Origin: Octopus sinensis
Taxonomy: Eukaryota
DNA: 64,000 nucleotides
Reading direction: 5' to 3'
Assembly: GCF_006345805.1 (NCBI RefSeq)
Contig: NC_043005.1
Location: forward strand, 51,646,001 to 51,710,000
Positions within the stretch are counted from its first letter, which is position 1. Each line of letters opens with the position of its first letter. Positions 40,107 to 54,869 of the stretch are shown piece by piece. Below the pieces are notes generated by a model. The model searched no databases, was not told the DNA's origin, and worked only from the letters and a program-made list of their open reading frames with translations. The position numbers and the translations under genes were made by a program.

Positions 40107-40981
40107 ATGTGCGTATATATCTATCGCTTGTTCCCGTTGTATATATATATATATATATACACACACACATATATATAACCTTCGAAACACCCTGGAGTTG
40201 AACTAGGGACAGCTGATGAAGGGGATTTTTCCTTGTGTAGTTTGTCTTGTAGTCTGTTTTTTTTTCGTTTAGGTCCGTTTCCACGTTTGTTTTTACGTTT
40301 TCATTTCTCGTTGAGTTCTACGTCTATTTGTGGTGTCCTGTACTCACGTATATATATTTATATATGCATGTATATATACATGTAGATGTAGGTACGTAAA
40401 TATATGTATGTATGTATGCATATATTTTATTTATTACACCATTATATATATATATACATACGCAGGCGATCGTGTGTACATGTGAGTGTATGTGTACATA
40501 TGTTTGTATGTGCATGCATATACGCACGTGTGTGTTAGTGCGTATGTATGCCATGTGTATGCGTACAAACTTATACGACTCCATTTTGTTATCCAATATT
40601 ATTGCTCCAGTACATTTCTCGCTGTCGTACTCATTGCACTCAACATTCAACAAAACCCAACTAACAACAGACACGCTCTCCACATCTTTAAAAGGTGCGG
40701 TGCCGGTGCACACAGAATTACGTTGACCTCTTTAAAACTTGTATGAAGCAATGGTGTTTAATGCATCTTAGGAACAAGAAAGAAAGCCATTTCTAGAAAA
40801 TAGTGTTTTAATAATCAGGTTAGTCACACCCTAGAATCACTCTCATTCACGTGACACATTACCTTCCATGAAAACCTCAATATTAGCGGTAGTGTATTCT
40901 TTCTCATCTTTATCTACTCTTCTCTATCCGTTGTTTTTGCCTAATAATCTATATATCTATCATCTATCTATCTATCTATAG

Positions 40982-41016
<35 letters not shown>

Positions 41017-41027
41017 ATCTATATATC

Positions 41028-41101
<74 letters not shown>

Positions 41102-41107
41102 ATATAT

Positions 41108-41472
41108 ATACTTTCAACAATATAAGGAATGGCCCTGATAGGCCTTCGACTCACTAGAAAGAGCAGCCAAACTCAAACCGCTAAATAGTTGTAATTCTGA
41201 AATTGAAAGAGAAATAAAAACATTTACCCTTTTCATTGGACTATGCATAGTTTCGACAAACTTTTGTAAACAAATTAATTAATTAAATTAAATTTATTTA
41301 CAACTGGCGTGTCTCGTCAGCAGAGAAGCCGAGGACGAGAATACGTCCACGAGGCGACAGCAAGGAAGCCTCAAGCCTATATGCTCTAAATTTTCAAAAT
41401 CCACCGCCACCGCGCGGTGACACGCCAGTTGTAAATAAATTTAATTTTTCTAGGATTTTTTTGCTACCCCTA
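41108..41472 (-). mobile_element. Hammerhead-bearing pLTR/retrozyme-like element within (TA)n, with 29 bp inverted arms
   Basis: Arms 41285-41313 / 41419-41447; ctagaaagagcagccaaa motif; (TA)n both sides. Confidence 0.65.
41232..41327 (-). ncRNA. Type I hammerhead ribozyme motif
   Basis: CUGACGA-GACA..UUGUAAAUAAAUU/AAUUUGUUUACAA..UGUC-GAAAC-UAUGCAUA-GUC; 12 nt palindrome ACUAUGCAUAGU; helix I imperfect (UUCUCUG/CAAUGAA). Confidence 0.75.
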
Positions 41473-41525
41473 TATTTATATATATATATATAATAGTATA
41501 TATATAATATATATATATATATATA

Positions 41526-41912
41526 GGCGTAGGAGTGGCTGCGTGGTAAATAGCTTGCTTACCAACCACATGGCTCCGGGTTCAGTCCCACTGCGTGGCA
41601 CCTTGGGCAAGTGTCTTCTACTATAGCCTCGGACCGAGTGGATTTGGTAGACGGGAACTGAAAGAAGCCCGTCGTATATATGTTTATATATGTATGTGTG
41701 TATATGTTTGTGTGTCTGTTTGTCCCCTCAACATCGCTTGACAACCGATACTGGTGTGTTTATGTTCCCGTAACTTAGCGGATCGGGAAAACAGACCGAT
41801 AGAATAAGTACTAGGCTTGCAAAGAATAAGTCCTGGGCTCGATTTGCTCGAATAAAGGCGGTGCACCAGCATGGCCACAGTCACATGACTGAAACAAGAA
41901 AAACAGTAAAGA
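41526..41912 (+). mobile_element. SINE family A, full length
   Basis: A-box-like tggctgcgtggt, B-box-like ggttcagtccc, CORE-like accttgggcaagtgtctt. Confidence 0.9.
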
Positions 41913-41935
41913 GAGTGTATATATATATATATAAA

Positions 41936-42410
<475 letters not shown>

Positions 42411-42799
42411 TATATTATATATATACATGCATGTATGTAGACAGATTCTTATATGTATATATATATATATATATATTATATATTATCAGAATCTGTCTAC
42501 ATACATACAGATGTGTGTTGGTACGTATAGAGTGTTGGCTACTCGTCTACTCATTTAGCATACGCGCGCACACATAGCTTTATATATAGAAACACGTACA
42601 CACGCATATACACATTCGCGTGCTACAAACTATTCTCAATTAAATAACTTAAGGTAGGATTAAATGTCAAGAATAATATATATATTACATTAGATTAAGA
42701 TAGTATATATATGTATGCATTTGATGAGTATACTTCGAAGAAAATATTTCCATTTGGCATAGTATACGTTAAGAGCAATGAGCATTTATTTTTAATTAT

Positions 42800-43620
42800 T
42801 TGAAAGCTGGTTTGTAACAAAGATATAAAGCTTCTCCATCGTTGGATTGCAGATAAGAAAACCAATTTCACATTTTGAAATTGAGAAATGTCATGTATAT
42901 TTACCGATGTATATTTATAATGTATGAGTTAGCTGGTAGGCATTTACTCACAAACCCAAGTACAATAATATGGTATGAATATGAGTTTATTATAATATGT
43001 GAAAAGAAAACGGATGTTTCGAAGCAGTTGTTCGTAATTACACTCTTACTCTTTGATTTTCGAAGCGCTTTTCACATAAGGAGGGCAGCTGATCTGTATG
43101 ACAGTACGTACTTTTATGTCACAGTCCCAAATAACAATATCCGGCATGTTATGTTTACACTTGGTAGAAGTTTTGATGGGAATGTTACAATATATCTTGA
43201 GTTGATGTTTGAGTATGTATTTAGTAACAAGGGGTTGTATATATTTATTCCAGGACAGTCCTTTCTCGAACGACATTGTATATTGTTTCAATGACATCAT
43301 GTCGCATTGGAGGATAGTGCCTTGATATTTTGGGGTAAGATATCATATATATGATATCCCTCACAGAAATGTGACATGATTTATACTTTTACGTTTGCAT
43401 CTTGGGGCTTCAAGAGCTTTGTTGTCTCTTGGGTTTATTAGGTTCTTTGTAGCAATCTCCTGTTCTTGTATTATAAACGTATAAGATTCGAAGTGTGAGT
43501 GATATAGCGGTCACGTGTCCAAGAGAAGCTGCAATTCATCTCAATATTATGTCGTCTTCAAGTTTCGGTAATGTACCATGCATAACCTTTTCTTGTTATG
43601 CTGAGTCTTCTTTGACGAAT
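42800..43620 (-). pseudogene. Decayed C-terminus of an R4/Dong-type non-LTR retrotransposon (zinc knuckle plus restriction-like endonuclease)
   Basis: Minus-strand motifs in order: KVMHG, SHFESYTFIIQEQEIATKNLIN, PKISRHYPPMRHDVI, KCKHNMPDIVIWD...IQISCP, LGFVSKC. Confidence 0.8.
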
Positions 43621-43632
43621 ATGCTAATCCAG

Positions 43633-43890
43633 CTGTAATATAATAAGTGACAATTATTCGGCTGCCATAATAAGACTCCGAGTTTCGGATGTCGGGGCGG
43701 AAACCTGCTCCGGCATCTTTGCAGTTATCGAGGCATTGATTGCCTCGATAACTGAAGAGATGCCGGTACAGGTTTCCGCCCCGACATCGGAAACTCGGAG
43801 TCTTATTATGGCAACTGTATAATAGTCACATATTATAATACAGATAAATTCCTCTATTTACATAATATCAAGGTCTCTTTCATTCTTTTA
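43633..43890 (+). mobile_element. Fold-back element with ~103 bp arms (43633-43735/43741-43843) carrying a hammerhead in the right arm
   Basis: Direct complementarity around loop ttgat. Confidence 0.8.
43747..43807 (+). ncRNA. Type I hammerhead ribozyme motif
   Basis: GAUAA-CUGAAGA-GAUG..CGG/CCG..CAUC-G-GAAAC-UCGGA-GUC-UUAUU; one extra G before GAAA; near-palindromic ACUC-G-GAGU. Confidence 0.7.
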
Positions 43891-44099
43891 TAATTATTTG
43901 TTGTTTGGGTTAGACCTCACTTTTGCAGAGCCCTTTTTTCTTGAAAATAGCTGTATTAAAGTGATATGCTACTCGATATATACAGTGTCATATGGAATCA
44001 GTAAAACGACAGTGAACGATGGTTACATAGTTTAGAATGCATGAAGTCAAATACATAAAATTTTGATACTCAGATTCTTACAAAATGAGAGACATCCTT

Positions 44100-44475
44100 T
44101 TGCTTGCCCAGGCTTCATCACACCTGACGGAAGAATCCCTCCATGGACTCTTTCCCCTGTTGTCTGCCTCTGGCCAGGTAGCGGGTGAGATCATCCCGCC
44201 ATCTTGCCTTTGGTCGGCCTCTTGATCTTGTCTACTGTCTTTACGTCAATTCAGCCACCCAGATTATTTGTCTGTCATCATTTAGTCGTGCGATGTGGTC
44301 AGCTTATCTATATTTATCTCCTTTGATGGTTCTCCTGATGTCGTTGACTCTCATACGCTGTCGAATCCAGGCGTTGGTTTTCTTGTCCCGCAATGTGATT
44401 CCGAGCATGATTCGTTTCATTTTCCGTTGGGCTACAATGAGGACTTTCATGATGGTAGTGTTGATGGCCCATGGT
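44100..44475 (-). pseudogene. RTE-clade LINE ORF C-terminal fragment
   Basis: WAINTTIMKVLIVAQRKMKRIMLGITLRDKKTNAWIRQRMRVNDI...*ADHIARLNDDR...RSRGRPKARWRDDL with in-frame stops. Confidence 0.9.
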
Positions 44476-45911
44476 TACATTAGTGAAGCAAAATGAAAGA
44501 CATTGAGTAATTTTGTCTCATTGTTGGAAAAAGGTTAACAGATATGTCGAACAAATATATTTCGAAAATTATTCTAAATATGATTTTGGAAGACTTTCAT
44601 TTAATTCTCCGACATATGTTTGGATAAATTTGCTATTAAATTTGAGTTTATCATTCGGCGAAGTTGGCGGATCCTTCTTTTTATTTTGTCATTTTTCTTT
44701 TCTTGTAAATAAAGATCTTGCAATTGAAAATTTCTTTAGATAAATTATTTTATTTTTGAATACTAATGAAATAGAAATCTTTCAGACTGTTAACATTATC
44801 GTTCCTGTTTTATAAAACACAAATTTAAATGCGACGATATTCGTCACCTAACGACGAATGGAGATCAAACCTCATGAAAGACAGTGTTTTTGCAAAAAGA
44901 AAAAAAAAACAACAAAAAAACAAAAAAAACAAAACAAACATGAAAAAAATGGAAAAGAAAAGGAAAAATTTTAGAATAGTAGACTAGATTAGTTTAACAA
45001 TTATTAGCCGAAAAAGTTATTCCATCAGTATGTAAAATATAGATGTAATAAATAAATGAATAAATAAATAAATCGATAAAGATATCAAATTTAATAGAAA
45101 TTGTGGATGCATTATCACAGACTGAACTAGTTCTTCTTTATAATCTATCTTACATTTTTATAGCAGAAGCTAATAAACGGTTTCGTTTGACCGGATGAAC
45201 GCTTTATAGAATCTTTTTTAATTCATTTTTATCACATTAAGAAATTCGCTGACACTTATATTCAGCATTCACTAATTTATATCTGCTGTTGTCTTTATGA
45301 GAGCTGGAAATATGTTAATAGTCCTATTGAAGTTTTTGTTGTTTTGCCAATGATCGGATCTTGTCGAGCAGACGCATAAACAAATGCGTTCTAGCCATGA
45401 CTTATTCTGTATATTTCTTCGTAAATAGTACATCATGGTTTAAGTTATTCCAATGCATCCTCTTTATTACAAGATTGTGCTATGTATTTCGAATGATATT
45501 TAACTGCTCTTTCACGCATATCAAGCGTCTCAGTTAAGACTTCGAACCATCTTAGTTCATTCTTAGTTAAAATGTGTGAAAATTTCTGAAATAGAAATTT
45601 ATGCTATGTTATAACATGAGAGAAAGATACATTGGTTTGTTAGACGAAACCACTTGTGCTATTTGAAGATCTTTAGTGCTGTGAAGTCTCCTACTTTCTC
45701 ACCTCGCGTGTTATTTATTCCCTTTTTCTTATTTAAGAAGGTAGAGTGTGATTTGAAGGACGATTGACTTCTAATAAGTTGAATGACGATGTGATAGGGC
45801 TTCACGTAAAACAGTTCATTTTCACATGTTTAAATTCACATAATTATCGAAAACAGATACAACTTTTGAGACATGTTATTTATGAAAGACCATCATTCGT
45901 GTACTCCTGTT

Positions 45912-46244
45912 TGAGACCCCCTTCGGTCACGACCCAGACCATGGGATTGCACCTAGAAAATTACAAGGCACAAGTCCGGGCAAGGTTGGTTATGGAAGAC
46001 TAACAGTCGCCCATGCATACCGACCTCCCCTCTCCACGCCACCAATGTTATCCAAGGGAAAGGCAACGGCCGATACAGCTTGGCACCTCTGACGTCGCAA
46101 CTCATTTCTACAGCTGAGTGAACTGGAGTAACGTGAAATAAAGTGTCTTACTCAAGAACACAATACGCAGCCCGGTCCGGGATTCGAGCTCACAACCTCA
46201 CGATCGTAAGCTCGACGCTCTAACCACTGAGCCATGCGCCTTCA
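45912..46244 (-). mobile_element. SINE family C, full length
   Basis: Near-identical to 41936-42270. Confidence 0.9.
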
Positions 46245-46639
46245 CCCCTGTAGCTGTGTGCATATGTTTGTGTGTATGATGTAGAGTTTTCTCTTATCTA
46301 TGGTTTAGAAATATGAAAAAAGTATCGGTAGGGATAAGACTGATAGCATTGGTACAAAAATTAGTAATTTTCTGGCAAGCATTATCGACTTTAAAGGCAG
46401 TGTTTGAAGAGTCGTGTAAGTTTCGGTTAGAATGACTTACAGCATTTATTCTAAAACACTTTGCTTTGAGTTCAAATCCAGCCGTGATCAACGTTACCGT
46501 TGATATTTTGGAATCTGTAAATGACGCATTGGTCCAGGAACACTGGAGTCAATTTTGTCCCTCCCTTGATCACATTTATCTCTGTTTCTGAAACTTTAGG
46601 TCTGTGTTCAGACCTAAAGTGGAATGAGATCCGCCAGTT

Positions 46640-46860
46640 TTTAAAAAATGTTTTCAAATTTTGGCACCAGGCCAGCAAGTTCAGAAGAGTGGGTAAGACG
46701 ATTATATCAACCTTAGTTCTCAACTAGTACTTATTGTAGCGACTTCGAATGAATGAAAGGCAAAGTCGATCCCAGTGGATTTGAGATGAAAACGAAAAAA
46801 CGTATGAAATGCCGCTAAGCATTTTGCCTGGCGTGCTAACGATTCTGCCAGCTCACCACC
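46640..46860 (-). mobile_element. Degenerate SINE family B
   Basis: gaatgaaaggcaaagtcgat...gctaacgattctgccagctcacc. Confidence 0.7.
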
Positions 46861-47289
46861 AAGTTTAGACAAAATGTCTCAAAGACATCCTATGACACTA
46901 TAGCACCCTTACAAACTCTAGCAAGTGTTGAAGGTTCAACAAGGAAAGAAAATCGATTTTATCTTTTTAGGTAGTACTAATTTCATCAATACCTGGAGGT
47001 GCGAAAGGTAAAGTTGGACGCAATGGGATTTGAATTCTAGCCATGAGATAGAGGTAATTAATAGTGCAAGACATTTGATACTCAGCTTTGCCAATGCCGC
47101 CATATCTTTAGGATGGGAATATGTTCAAAGGTTTATCCTGTTCATATTCCTGTCTGATTCACTAAAAGAAATACACGAGTAGAATGCGCTTCAAGGTTTT
47201 GCTGAAGGATAATGTTGAAATACAAATATATAAATAAATAAATAGGTGTATTCATAAGAGAGAGATAAATTGATTGCTAGCGTGATTGA

Positions 47290-47352
<63 letters not shown>

Positions 47353-47561
47353 AGACACTCACACACACATTTATATACATTGAAGGACAGACACGCAGAT
47401 ATAGATTCATAAACGCACTTGACATAAATACAGATTGCGAAAGAAGGAAATAGGGAAATAGATAAATCTACATATATCAATCAAATTATCAATCAATAAA
47501 TCTATCATTTTTTCTCTGTTTTCCTCTTTTCCTTGCTACCACTCCCTCCACCCTTTATATA

Positions 47562-47599
<38 letters not shown>

Positions 47600-47712
47600 G
47601 TGTGTGTGTGTATGTGTTTATGTGCGCGTGTGTATATGTGTGTGTATGTATATACACACACACCACATATATAATATATATATATATCTGTATGCATATA
47701 TATATATATATC

Positions 47713-47744
<32 letters not shown>

Positions 47745-48479
47745 CTGTATGCATATATGTACATACATACACACACATATATACGTCTATATTACCGTTG
47801 CAATCTGAAAATTTCAGAAAAGCAAAGCTTTGCAGATCGCGCCCAACTAATGCAGTCCACGCTGAAGGTGTTTTGATGTTTCTAATGAGACTTTATTTGT
47901 TATTCTTATTTTTCTTCTGAATTTTTAAAATTGATAATATAATTAATGTACACTCTGTATAAGTATATAGTTTTCTCGTTTCTCACCGATGTAGGTTTGT
48001 TTATGTCATGATAGCAGTTAGGCAAAAGAAAAAAAAAAAAAAAAGAAAGGGATAAAAACGAGAGTAGAGAAACACAGAATATACCCTGAGGTCCAGCTGA
48101 TCAAATCGATCGATGAAAACCTTTCAGTGCCCCAGTTAGGCCACAGTCCAATGACAGGAAAAGAATAAAAGAATGAAAGAATTAAAGAAATACATAAATA
48201 CAACCTACCAACTAACCGACCGACCGACCAACCAACCAACAAACAAACATACATACATAAAAAACTTGGAACCTACCCGGTTGACCAATTATAGCACTTA
48301 CTCAGTGTACGTATTCGTTTAGATTACCAGCGAACGAAATCCCTCGTATTTTATACATACGTACGTACATTCAAACATATACAAGTACATACATATATAT
48401 ACATATATACATATACAAATATATACGTACAAATGTGTATAAATACATACATACATACACACACCCCACACACACACAA

Positions 48480-48511
<32 letters not shown>

Positions 48512-49341
48512 TATATATAATATATAATATACACATGTATATATTTAATATATGTGTGTATATATTATATATATATAACAATATATATATAACAATATAT
48601 ATAACAATATATATATATAACAATATATATATATATGTATATATATATGTGTATATGTATGTATGTATGTATGTATATGTATGCATGTATGTGTATGTAT
48701 GTATGTATGTATATATGTATGTATATAACATATAGAAATACATATGTACATACATACAGGATACATATTTACTATTGCGTGGTTAATAACGTAGATAGAT
48801 GCATAAATAGATAAGTCGGTCGTGTATACAGATAGATAAATAGATAAAGGAGGTGACAATACGTCCATCCATTGAATGAGGAAGTACCGCGATAAATAAT
48901 GGTTTATTTTTGTTATTATTCCGGTGTCTGCCTGTCAATGCTTCTATCAATCTGTTTATCTTTCAATGAGCCTTAACAATTCAATGACTATACATTTTTT
49001 CTGGTTTTCCTTTCTCCACACCAGTCACGGTTTCAAGCAAGCTATCTAACCATGCCGAGCAAGAGTATTCTTGTACATAGAGGATATATTCTCTGTGTAC
49101 GAATAAGGTAGTTTTCAATCCTTGATCGTTAGGAACAAAGCTGCTTGGTCATGGTTGGAAAGCCTATAAAACGTTGATCTTCTTTTGGCAACAACAATGA
49201 CAACAGCAACAAAAACAACTCGTCGATCATTCAGTCAGCTTTAACTAAACATTCTTTCTCGATCCGTAATATTTCTCACTCTATATCTGTCTATCTGACT
49301 GTCCTGTGTACATCTTACTTTTACGTCTGTCTGGTCATCAG

Positions 49342-49397
<56 letters not shown>

Positions 49398-49414
49398 ACA
49401 TACAGACACACGGA

Positions 49415-49573
49415 GGCCTAAGCATAGCTGTGTGGTAAGAAGCTTGCTTCCTAGTCACATGGACCTGGGTTCAGTCCTATTGCGTGGCACCTTGAGCAAG
49501 TAACTTCTATAGCCTGGGGCCGACCAAAGCTTTGTGAATGGATTTGACTGAGGAAACTGAAAAGAAGCCCGTC

Positions 49574-49613
<40 letters not shown>

Positions 49614-50212
49614 CGTATATATTTGAGTGTGTATGTCTTTGTTTCTGTCTTAACGCACCAGGCTGGTGTGTTTACGTCTCCGCAAAAGTAACCGATAGAA
49701 TAAGCACTAGTCTTACAAAGAATAAATTCTGGGGATCGATATCTTCGACTAAAACCCATTAAGGCGGTGCTCCAGCATGACTGCAGCCAAGTGACTGAAA
49801 CAACTAACAGAATAAAAGAATATATATGAGTGGCTGCGTGGTAAGAAGCTTGCTTCCTAACCACCATGGTTCCAGGCTCAGTCCTACTGCTTGGTACCTT
49901 GAACAATTGTCTTCTGCTTTAGCCTTGGGAGCGGATTTGGTAGACGGAAACTGAAAGAAGCCCGTCGTATGTATATATGCCTATGCATCTATATGTGTGT
50001 GCGTATGTGTTTGTCCTCTCATCACCACTTGACAACCAGTATCGGCGTGTTTACGTACGCGTAACTTTAGGGGTTCGGCAAAAGAGACCAATAGAATAAG
50101 TACCATGCTTAAAAAAAAATAAGTATTGGGGTCGATTCTTTTGGCTAAAAATTCAAGGCGTTGCTCCAGCATGGCCGCAGCCTAATGACTGAAACAGGTA
50201 AAAAAATACAAG
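49415..50212 (+). mobile_element. Two head-to-tail SINE family A copies (49415-49820, 49828-50212)
   Basis: Each has the tggtaagaagcttgcttcc head and the tccagcatg...tgactgaaaca tail. Confidence 0.85.
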
Positions 50213-50265
50213 ATTAAAGATACATATACATACTTACATATATACATATACATACATACATATAT

Positions 50266-50309
<44 letters not shown>

Positions 50310-50333
50310 GTATACACACACACACGCACACAC

Positions 50334-50369
<36 letters not shown>

Positions 50370-51021
50370 GCGTAGTGCAGTGTTCGAATTCGCTGCTCAA
50401 CATTTCAAGCTACTGTCTTCCGTCGGCTGCCTATGCTTCGGGTCATTCCGGAAATTGATGGTGTTGTTTTTGTGTAACTTCAAGATCCAACAGGGCAATG
50501 AATAAATGAAAGCATTCCAGCTACGAGTATTCTGGTTCCTTTTGTTTATTTATTATCTATTCATGTTTCTTTTTCTTTCTTTCTTATATATCGGACATAC
50601 CTAGGACAATATTATCGGAAATTGCACGGAAGACCATCAAATGGACTGTCTTTTTTCTTGGGTAGTAGTCATGAGCGGTAACCCACAATAAAGGTCGTAA
50701 GGTCAGTCTTTTCACCTCAGACAACAAAACGTCTCTCTCTCTCTCTGTCTATCTCTCTCTTTCTCTATCTGTCTGTCTTTCAGCCTATCTGTCTTCTACC
50801 AGTCGCTTTGTCTCTTCAAGTCAGACTGTCTATCCATCAGTCTTTTCAAATATTTCAAGCTTCCTTCATCGTTTACTCTTCACTGATCCAGCAGACGGAG
50901 AAATAAATAGCTTGAAAATAATGCAAAATGATAGATAGTCATTTGGATAAATGCACGCATACGCTAACAAATACAAATTCACAGATTTGAATGTATGTAC
51001 GTGTGTAGGTATGTGCATGTG

Positions 51022-51094
<73 letters not shown>

Positions 51095-51307
51095 ATATAT
51101 GTATGTATGTATGTATGTGATTGTATGTGTGTGTGTGTGTGTGTCTGTGCTCGTGTATGTGTGTGTGTCTGCATATATACATAGATGTGTATATATGTAC
51201 ACATATGTATATATATATATATAGTTATATACATATATGAATATACTATATATCTATACAGATATAGACGTGTTTACATGTACGTATATATACATACAAA
51301 CGTATAT

Positions 51308-51344
<37 letters not shown>

Positions 51345-51420
51345 GAGTGTATGTAATGTATATATATATAAATATATGTATGTAGATCTATATCTATATA
51401 TCTTTGTCTATCTATCTGTC

Positions 51421-51523
<103 letters not shown>

Positions 51524-52062
51524 TTATCTATCTATCTATGTATATACTGATAGAGAAGCTGCAGGGAAAGACACAAAGAGAAAGAGAGAGAAACAGCTGT
51601 AGTGTTTCTGTTTGTATATGTTTACTGGTTGTATATGTTTACTGGTTGTATAAGTGAAGTTTTACAAATGACGAGTAAAGGAAATTACTCTCTGTATCAT
51701 TATTCACCCTTGTCAACGTACGGCCATTTTTACTTCTTTCTTTCTCTATTTACAATCTTTAAATCCTACCCGGTCTGTTTTTCTTTTTATTTTTTCCTTT
51801 TTTCCTGAACTCTCTTATACTATTTCGTTTCCCTTTTAACTCTGACCATTGTAAAAGCGACGACATTAGGTGATGACCAATGTTCTAATAAATTAGCAGT
51901 CCTTTAACCTTCTGTTTCCTGTTAGGATGAAGAAAAACCAATCCCAATTGATGTCCGAATGTAATTTTCAAACATGGAGAATGCTGCCATAATTACATAA
52001 AAAGACCTGCTCGAAGTATTATATGAATCATTGATGTCGTTATAGGTGTTAACGCAAAAAAG

Positions 52063-52113
<51 letters not shown>

Positions 52114-52192
52114 TTGTATACACAGACATATATATATGTACAATATATATACATACACGCAATATACACACACACATATATGTATACATTGC

Positions 52193-52225
<33 letters not shown>

Positions 52226-52620
52226 GTGTGTGTGTGTGTACATATATAGATAGATATATCTATATAGAAGAGAGAGATATATAGAGTAAGGGAGTGAGAC
52301 AGTGAGTGAGTAAAACTAAGTAGGAGAAAAAGAGATCTTTGTGTCATGTTGTGTCGTTGTATACAATAATTATAACACACACAGACACGCACATACATGA
52401 ATATAGATTTGTGCTCGATCCATCTCTCTCCCTCTGTGTGTGTATATATACATATACACATAAGTGCGTACATCCGTTATTTATATACATTATTTACATG
52501 TGTGTTTACATATGCAGGTACTTATATATATGTATATATATATACACATACAAACTTCAATAGTTATTTTGGTTTCGCTATCCGTCCATCCATGCATCCA
52601 TCCATCCATCCATACATCAC

Positions 52621-52718
<98 letters not shown>

Positions 52719-52879
52719 GTCTGTCTGTCTGTCTGTCTGTCTGTCAATACATACATACATACATACATACATACATACATACATGTATTAATGTATATCT
52801 GTGTATGTACACTCACAAGATTGTATGTCTATTCATTACACAAGTTTGTTGATCGTGATTTCTATTTGTCGGCGCCGTT

Positions 52880-52883
52880 GTCG

Positions 52884-52920
<37 letters not shown>

Positions 52921-53092
52921 TTCCCGTCACCATTCCCTTCACCGTTGCCTACAACATCAACTACTACCGCTAATCGTTATCATGATCCTTATAATGACTC
53001 CTGCCATCATCATCATCATCAAATCATCATCACCACCACCCTCATCATCATCATCATCACCACCACCCTCATCATCATCATCATCATCATCG

Positions 53093-53130
<38 letters not shown>

Positions 53131-53365
53131 TCCTCATTATCAAATCATCATCATCTTCATCAGCATCATCATCATCAAATCATCATCATCATCTCATCAT
53201 CATCATCATCATCATCAAATCATCATCATCATCATCAAATCATCATCATCATCATCATCACCATACCCACTGTCGTCTTCACGTCTTCGTCGCCGCTGCC
53301 GCCGCCGCCGCTGCCACTGCCGTTGCCGTCGTCGTGTTCGTCGTCATCGTACGTCGACGTCGCCG
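52880..53365. repeat. (ATC)n / (GCC,GTC)n triplet tract
   Basis: Direct inspection. Confidence 0.95.
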
Positions 53366-53526
53366 TCGCTTTATGTGCCATTCCATGGAACTGGACAACG
53401 CGAGTTAAATATTTCCGCGCTGTTCGGTGTTTTGATGTCATTAGGAGACACTAACATAAGAAGATGACTCACCTCAGATGAACAACATCGACTGGACAAT
53501 ATCGGCAAGAGATGAGGTCACTGAGC

Positions 53527-53558
<32 letters not shown>

Positions 53559-53943
53559 GAGAGAGAGGGGTGGTGGTCAGGGAGAGAGAGGTGGGGTGAG
53601 AGCGAAAGAAAGATAACGGATGTCTGACTGGACTTTGCGTAAACATAACTTGCCGTAGCTGTCACTTTCTTCACGTTACTCATTCCAGACCAGCGGTCAA
53701 TTTGACAGAAGTTCCGAAGCTTTGTGGAAAGGTCGATCCATCGAATGGTATACATACATACATACATTCATACCTACCTATCTACACACACACAAGTGTG
53801 TGTGTACATATATATATATATATATGTGGTGTCTGTGTGTGTGTGTGTGTGTATGTATATATATATATATTTATAGATACATATATACATACATTCATAC
53901 ATGCACACATGTACTACGTTATGCATATGTGTACATGCATGTT

Positions 53944-53996
<53 letters not shown>

Positions 53997-54559
53997 TTAT
54001 TTACAGCGTAATCCATATATACATGCATTCGTACATATATTCCTGCATACACACATACCTATTATATATATATATATATATATGTTAGTATGTTTATGTT
54101 TATATGTATATATGTGTATGCAAGTATGTACCTGTGTGTCTGTGTATGTATGCATATATATTTATATGCGTGTATATATTTTCTATCTCCCTTTATACAT
54201 ACATATTCATATATATACTAAAATACATATATGTGTATGTATATGCGTTTGTACATATATGTATACACATACATGTATGTACATATGTATATATAAAGGG
54301 AGATTATCTTTGTTTCGTTGATGGATTGACGCACACACACATCCACACACACAAATGGATAGATGGACAATCACAAAAAGGAAATTCATACGAACAGAAA
54401 GAGAAGAATTGTTAGACTTAGATTAACTGATTTGTACGTGACTAAAGAAATACGTTGAAAAGTAGATATACATTAAAACAAGATAAATACGTCATTATAT
54501 AGTTAGAAAGAAATACAGATTGATCGGTATGTGTATTCCTACGTGCATATATATATATA

Positions 54560-54704
54560 TATTTTCTTATGTTTCTGACAAAGATCTCCGCTCGAAACAT
54601 TAAACCCTCCTTCTTTCCTTCAGTACTGAGCGTCCAATAATACTATACTTGTTCCACGTCCTCGCGTTGTTGTGTTTTCTCTTTGTGTTTTCATGTTTGG
54701 ATTA

Positions 54705-54710
<6 letters not shown>
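54560..54710 (+). mobile_element. Short pLTR-like fragment with decayed minimal hammerhead (54571-54605), within (TA)n
   Basis: GUUU-CUGACAA-AGAUCUCCGCUC-GAAAC-AUU-AAAC; shares ctgagcgt...taatac with the 62310-62490 element. Confidence 0.5.
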
Positions 54711-54745
<35 letters not shown>

Positions 54746-54809
54746 GAGTAATGACGCTAAGCAATGTTTACGTATAATCACAATATTTCAACCAACCTAT
54801 ATATATATA

Positions 54810-54860
<51 letters not shown>

Positions 54861-54869
54861 GTAGGGTTT

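Noticed and set aside
40188-40245. GAAAC...CUGAUGA permuted hammerhead-like arrangement
   Set aside because: No helix III or NUH site between the motifs.
42431-42509. 19 bp inverted repeat around (TA)n
   Set aside because: Short and partly low-complexity; too little to define an element.
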